Shown one piece after another: positions 61,301-64,000 of a stretch of 64,000 nucleotides of DNA. The DNA lies in the NCBI GenBank assembly GCA_963785725.1, contig CAWAWS010000024.1:162151-226150 (forward strand), in the 5' to 3' direction. The notes under the pieces were generated by a model, which had not been told where the DNA came from, ran no database searches, and worked only from the letters and a program-made list of their open reading frames with translations. A program made the position numbers and the translations under genes. The DNA comes from an uncultured delta proteobacterium (GTDB taxonomy: Bacteria > Myxococcota_A > Polyangia > Palsa-1104). Each line of letters opens with the position of its first letter. Position 1 is the stretch's first letter.

Positions 61301-64000
61301 ATGAGCGCCTGTCCCTCCGAACAGCAAATCGTCGACTTTTTGGACGGCAAGCTCGGCCCCCAAAAAGGGTCCGATGTCCACCGTCACGTCGACGGCTGCA
61401 CCTCGTGCCGCGCGCTGTTGGCGGGCCTCGCGCCTTCGATCAACCGCACGACGCTCGACGAACGGCCGGTCGATCCCGGCGCCAGCGGCGACTTCCCGAA
61501 GCCGGAGCCGCTGCATCGCACGGCGGCCATGACCGGCGCCGAGCCGCCGGGCGACGTGTCGATGGAGGCGGCGGCGCGGGTGGCGTCGGTGCTGCCGCTG
61601 GTGAACGAGGATCGCTACGACGTGCGCGACGAGTTCGCGCGCGGCGGCCTCGGGCGCATCTTTCGCGCGCATGACAAGCGGCTGGCGCGTCCGGTCGCCG
61701 TCAAGCAGCTGTTGGCGGGCGGGTCGGAGGCGGCGCGGCGCTTCATTCGCGAGGCGCTGATCACGGCGCGACTGCAGCATCCGGCGATCGTGCCCATTTA
61801 CGAGGCCGGGCGCTGGCCGTCGGGTGAGCCGTTCTACGCGATGAAGCTGGTGTCGGGCCGCTCGCTCGACCAGGTCATTCGCGGCAAAAAGACGCTGGCC
61901 GAGCGGCTGACGCTCCTGCCGAACGTCATCGCCGTCGCCGAGGCGATGGCCTATGCGCACAGCCAGCGCATCATTCACCGCGATCTGAAGCCGGCCAACG
62001 TGCTCGTCGGCAGCTTCGGCGAGACGGTGCTCATCGATTGGGGCCTGGCCAAAGATCTGTCGACGGGGACGGAGGTCGGCAGCGACGCCATGATGGCGCC
62101 TTATACCGACGACGACACCGAGATCGGCACGGTGCTGGGCACGCCGACGTACATGCCGCCCGAGCAGGCGGAAGGCAAGGCCGTCGACGAGCGCGCGGAC
62201 GTCTACGCCTTGGGCGCGCTGCTCTATCACGTGCTGGCGGGCGCGCCGCCGTATGCGGGCTCGTCGTCGGCGGAGACGCTGGCGCGCGTGTTGTCGGAGG
62301 CGCCGACGCCGCTGTCGACGCGCGAGCCGGGCGTGCCGCGCGATCTGGTGACGATCGTGCACAAGGCGATGGCGCGCGATCAGGCCGGTCGCTATCCGAC
62401 GGCGCGCGAGCTCGTCGAAGATCTGGTCAGCTTCCAAGGCGGTCAGCTGGTCAGCGCCCATCGCTATTCGACGATGGAGATGTGGCGGCGCTGGATTCAA
62501 CGGCATCGCGCGCCGGTGTCGGTGGGCGTGACGCTGCTGACGGCGATCTTCATGATGTCGATCCTCGGCGTGTCGCGCATCGCGCAAGAGCGAGATGCGG
62601 CGCGCAAGGAGCGGGCGGCGGCGCTGGCCGCGCTGGCGATCGCCGAGCAGCGCGCGAGCGAGCTGGTGTTGGCGCAGGCGCAGCAGTCGCTCGACGACGA
62701 TCCGACGGCGTCGCTGGCGTGGCTCAAGCAGTATCCCGACACCGGCGACTGGCGCGCGGCGCAGGCCATCTTCGCCGACGCGCAGAGCCGCGGCATCGCC
62801 GAGCGCGTGTGGAATTGGGTGTCGCGCGCCCGCTTCTTGCCCGATGGCCGGCTCGTCTTGTGGGGCGAAGATTCGGCGGTGCGCATCTGGTCGCGAGACG
62901 GTCACGAGCAGACGCTCGGCGGCGGCGGCGCGCACGTGAACCAGCTGGCGTTCACCGAGCGCGGCGACACGCTGGCGCTGTTGCGCGGCGAGACCGGCGT
63001 CGAGCTGTGGGATCTGGCGAACGCCAGCGGCCATCCCGTCTCCGACGGCAAGGTCGGCTACGGCGCCATCGCCATCGCGCCCGACGGCAAGTGGCTGGCG
63101 GCGGTGGCGCGCGACGGCAGCCTCGACGTCTGGTCGCTGCCCGGCGGCGCGCGCAAACGCATCGCCGACGCGACGGTGGGCGTGCGCTCGGTCGACTTCG
63201 GCGAGGGCAGCACGCTCGTCTCCGGCGGCAGCGATCGCAAGATTCGTTTGTGGGACGTCGCCAGCGGCAGCAATCGCATCCTCGGCAAGCACGAAGGCCC
63301 GATCATGCGGGTCTCGTTCGCGCCCGATCGCAAGACGATCATCAGCGGCGACGAGCGCCACGTCGTCAAAGTGTGGAGCGACGACGGCAAGACGAGCCGC
63401 ACCTTCGTCGGCCGCGGCGAGCAGCTACCGGCGTGGGCGTTTTCGTCGGACGGCAAGCTGGCGCGCGCCGCCGGCGGCGGCATCGTGCAGCTCGTCGACC
63501 TGAAGAGCGGCGCCCTCAAGACGCTGCGCGGCCACGCGGCGCAGCTGACGGCGTTGGCGTTCTTGCCCGACGGCAAGCGGCTCATCACGGCGTCCGAAGA
63601 TCAGATCGTGCGCGTGTGGGACACGGCGACGGGCGAGAACGTGACGCTGCGCGGGCACGGATCGGCGATCACGACGCTGACGGTGGCGCCGGATGGGCTG
63701 CACTTCGCGACCGGCTCGGCCGACAAGACGGTGCGCCTGTGGAGCGTGCCGCGCGCGACGCGCGCCGTGAAGCTGCCCGACAGCGAGCTGTATTCGGTCG
63801 TGTTTTCGCCCGACGGCAAGAAGATCGTCGCCGGCGGCGTGGGCGGCTTGGTGACGCTGTGCGACGTCGCGACGCTCGATTGCCAGCCGCTCGTCGGCCA
63901 TCGCGACGACGTCATGGGCACCGTCTTCAGCAGCGACGGCCGCTTCTTGGCCACCGCCTCCGACGAACTGCGTCGAGCCAGCACGCGTACGCGCCTACAT
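61301..64000 (+). CDS. zf-HC2 + Ser/Thr kinase + TM + WD40 repeats (partial; missing from the ORF track because it runs off the window)
   Basis: MSACPSEQQIVDFLDGKL...HVDGCTSC; FARGGLG, HRDLKPAN, DWGLAK, YMPPEQ; GH...WD repeats. Confidence 0.9.
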   Translation, partial: MSACPSEQQIVDFLDGKLGPQKGSDVHRHVDGCTSCRALLAGLAPSINRTTLDERPVDPGASGDFPKPEPLHRTAAMTGAEPPGDVSMEAAARVASVLPLVNEDRYDVRDEFARGGLGRIFRAHDKRLARPVAVKQLLAGGSEAARRFIREALITARLQHPAIVPIYEAGRWPSGEPFYAMKLVSGRSLDQVIRGKKTLAERLTLLPNVIAVAEAMAYAHSQRIIHRDLKPANVLVGSFGETVLIDWGLAKDLSTGTEVGSDAMMAPYTDDDTEIGTVLGTPTYMPPEQAEGKAVDERADVYALGALLYHVLAGAPPYAGSSSAETLARVLSEAPTPLSTREPGVPRDLVTIVHKAMARDQAGRYPTARELVEDLVSFQGGQLVSAHRYSTMEMWRRWIQRHRAPVSVGVTLLTAIFMMSILGVSRIAQERDAARKERAAALAALAIAEQRASELVLAQAQQSLDDDPTASLAWLKQYPDTGDWRAAQAIFADAQSRGIAERVWNWVSRARFLPDGRLVLWGEDSAVRIWSRDGHEQTLGGGGAHVNQLAFTERGDTLALLRGETGVELWDLANASGHPVSDGKVGYGAIAIAPDGKWLAAVARDGSLDVWSLPGGARKRIADATVGVRSVDFGEGSTLVSGGSDRKIRLWDVASGSNRILGKHEGPIMRVSFAPDRKTIISGDERHVVKVWSDDGKTSRTFVGRGEQLPAWAFSSDGKLARAAGGGIVQLVDLKSGALKTLRGHAAQLTALAFLPDGKRLITASEDQIVRVWDTATGENVTLRGHGSAITTLTVAPDGLHFATGSADKTVRLWSVPRATRAVKLPDSELYSVVFSPDGKKIVAGGVGGLVTLCDVATLDCQPLVGHRDDVMGTVFSSDGRFLATASDELRRASTRTRLH

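Noticed and set aside
63960..64000. Abrupt loss of the WD40 pattern after ATASD
   Set aside because: Too close to the window edge to interpret; may be contig-end noise

Overview
High-GC window whose gene content suggests a Myxococcota (Polyangia-like) genome: CglF-like peptide, RedB/RedC-like pair, myxobacterial sigma-70 opposite a zf-HC2 kinase. Layout: (1) 1-19.6 kb is mostly housekeeping (GST-kappa/DsbA, GNAT, pilD, proB-proA-rsfS-rlmH-gpmI, comF, smpB, bcp). It also holds an NTPase-TM-HEAT protein, a TPR protein and two secreted proteins built from three phage tail-collar-like domains. Several genes in the first 5.5 kb carry single-base frameshifts that look like read errors. (2) tRNA-His at 19657-19732 is followed by a ~5.6 kb island closed by a 39-bp copy of the tRNA 3' end (25352-25390). 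The island has no intact integrase. It carries an unannotated 59-aa double-glycine lanthipeptide-like precursor (3 Thr/3 Cys core), a LanC cyclase with no LanB dehydratase, an IS66 relic and a DoxX-like protein. (3) 25.6-48.7 kb is a dense signalling cluster: NtrC-like activator, many kinases and receivers, GGDEF/EAL, HDOD, HD-type, FIST/NosP, RedB/RedC-like and an ethylene-receptor-like kinase. Paired CGCA-N5-TGCG boxes exactly 30 bp apart recur there, two pairs next to sigma54-type promoters. (4) 48.9-64 kb encodes a membrane sulfatase-like protein, a CHAT protease, START protein, GH38 mannosidase, rpiA, a Ser/Thr kinase, a sigma factor and a zf-HC2/kinase/WD40 gene running off the end. All calls are from motif recognition by eye; no searches were run.
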